Shown: positions 63,399 to 64,000 of the stretch, in pieces | Layout: each line of letters opens with the position of its first letter | How positions within the stretch are numbered: position 1 is the stretch's first letter | NCBI GenBank assembly: GCA_012840245.1 | Contig: DULR01000075.1 | Location: 18,701-82,700, forward strand | From: Clostridiaceae bacterium | Lineage (GTDB): Bacteria > Bacillota > Clostridia > DSM-8532 | Length of the DNA stretch: 64,000 bases | Direction: 5' to 3' | Program-made: the position numbers and the translations under genes | The notes under the pieces: model-generated | Databases searched by the model: none | Told to the model about the DNA's origin: nothing | What the model saw: only the letters and a program-made list of their open reading frames with translations

Positions 63399-64000
63399 AT
63401 GAAAACTGCTCAGCAGATTATCGGCTTGCCGGTGGTGAGCATTTTTGACGGGAATGAGATCGGAAAGGTCAAAAGCCTTATTATAAATGCCTCAAAAGGG
63501 ACGATCGATTTCTTTGTCATTGACAGCGGCATCAGATCACTTTCAGGCGGAGTGATTCCCGCCGAAAGAGTATTGGGAATCGGAGAATATGCATTAACTA
63601 TCCAACAACCTGACGATATCAGCGATATAGTTAAAATTCCAGCAGCTATTGAGCTTATGCAGAAAAATATCACTGTTCAGGGAACCCGTGTATTGACAAG
63701 AAAAGGCAGCCTTTTGGGCGAAACCGGTGATATTTTCATCAATGATCAGGATACATACAATATAACCGGCGTAGAGTTCATACCTGCCAAAAGCGGGATC
63801 AAGTCCGGAATTATTCCCAGAAGCAGCATAATCACATTCGGGAAAAATCTCCTTGTTGTTCAGGACGATTTCATTGATCAGCTTATTGAAACTCCCAGCG
63901 CTTTTAAAGAAGAGTTCCAGGACGAAAAAAAAAATATAGCCTCGATTGATTTTATCCCTGCGGTCGAAACCGGATATTCCGAACCGGAAGCACAGGAACA
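63399..64000 (+). CDS. PRC-barrel domain protein (two PRC-like repeats), 3' end beyond the window
   Basis: Not in the supplied ORF track because it has no stop in the window. The ATG at 63399 follows GGGGGTAGCTGAGG. IIGLPVVSIFDGNEIGKVKSLIIN and VQGTRVLTRKGSLLGETGDIFIN are PRC-barrel-like. Confidence 0.7.
   Translation, partial: MKTAQQIIGLPVVSIFDGNEIGKVKSLIINASKGTIDFFVIDSGIRSLSGGVIPAERVLGIGEYALTIQQPDDISDIVKIPAAIELMQKNITVQGTRVLTRKGSLLGETGDIFINDQDTYNITGVEFIPAKSGIKSGIIPRSSIITFGKNLLVVQDDFIDQLIETPSAFKEEFQDEKKNIASIDFIPAVETGYSEPEAQE

Noticed and set aside
1-64000. Search for CRISPR arrays, tRNA/rRNA genes, transposases, integrases, toxin-antitoxin pairs or known defence-system genes.
   Set aside because: I recognised none by eye. 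Repeats present are short REP/MITE-like elements without spacers. No ORF shows DDE, serine or tyrosine recombinase, Cas, restriction-modification or abortive-infection hallmarks.

Overview
This looks like a chromosomal window from a motile, spore-forming Firmicute. The gene order is Clostridia/Bacillus-like and GC is roughly 40% by eye. Most of it is conserved housekeeping.

- **1-8.3 kb:** cysS (3' end), radA, a SAM-I riboswitch with metK, an HD-GYP phosphodiesterase, recD2 and comFC.
- **8.4-35 kb:** a late-flagellar (sigma-D type) block in the same order as B. subtilis: yvyF-flgM-flgN-flgK-flgL-fliW-csrA ... fliC, flaG-fliD-fliS-fliT.
- **35-41 kb:** tsaC/ywlE/rpiB/upp/dCMP deaminase/tagO/mnaA.
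- **42-52 kb:** hslO, hpf, yebC, fabZ and tig-clpP-clpX.
- **52-64 kb:** a YtrA-type GntR/ABC operon, a divergent type IIA topoisomerase pair, membrane proteins, cwlD and a PRC-barrel protein that runs off the 3' end.

The only clearly accessory region is a ~14 kb island between csrA and fliC (15.6-29.8 kb).
- It has a sigma-D-like promoter in front.
- It encodes a TagF-like enzyme fused to a beta-propeller, an IspD/SDR/LicD trio, several glycosyltransferases, a pyruvyl transferase domain, a low-GC radical SAM enzyme and a GT2-TPR protein.
- It has no exporter.
- I read it as an unusual flagellin modification system with teichoic-acid-like polyol-phosphate chemistry.
- Five consecutive island proteins share one small Rossmann-like module at different positions.

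Other notable points:
- There are tandem flgK paralogs, one carrying an inserted vWA domain.
- Two yvyF paralogs bracket the flagellar block.
- A 260-bp rod-forming element flanked by terminal inverted repeats has twin CGGAA loops.
- Two families of short intergenic repeats recur across the window.

I recognised no rRNA, tRNA, CRISPR array, transposase, integrase or phage genes. All calls come from reading the sequence and the ORF translations; no searches were run.
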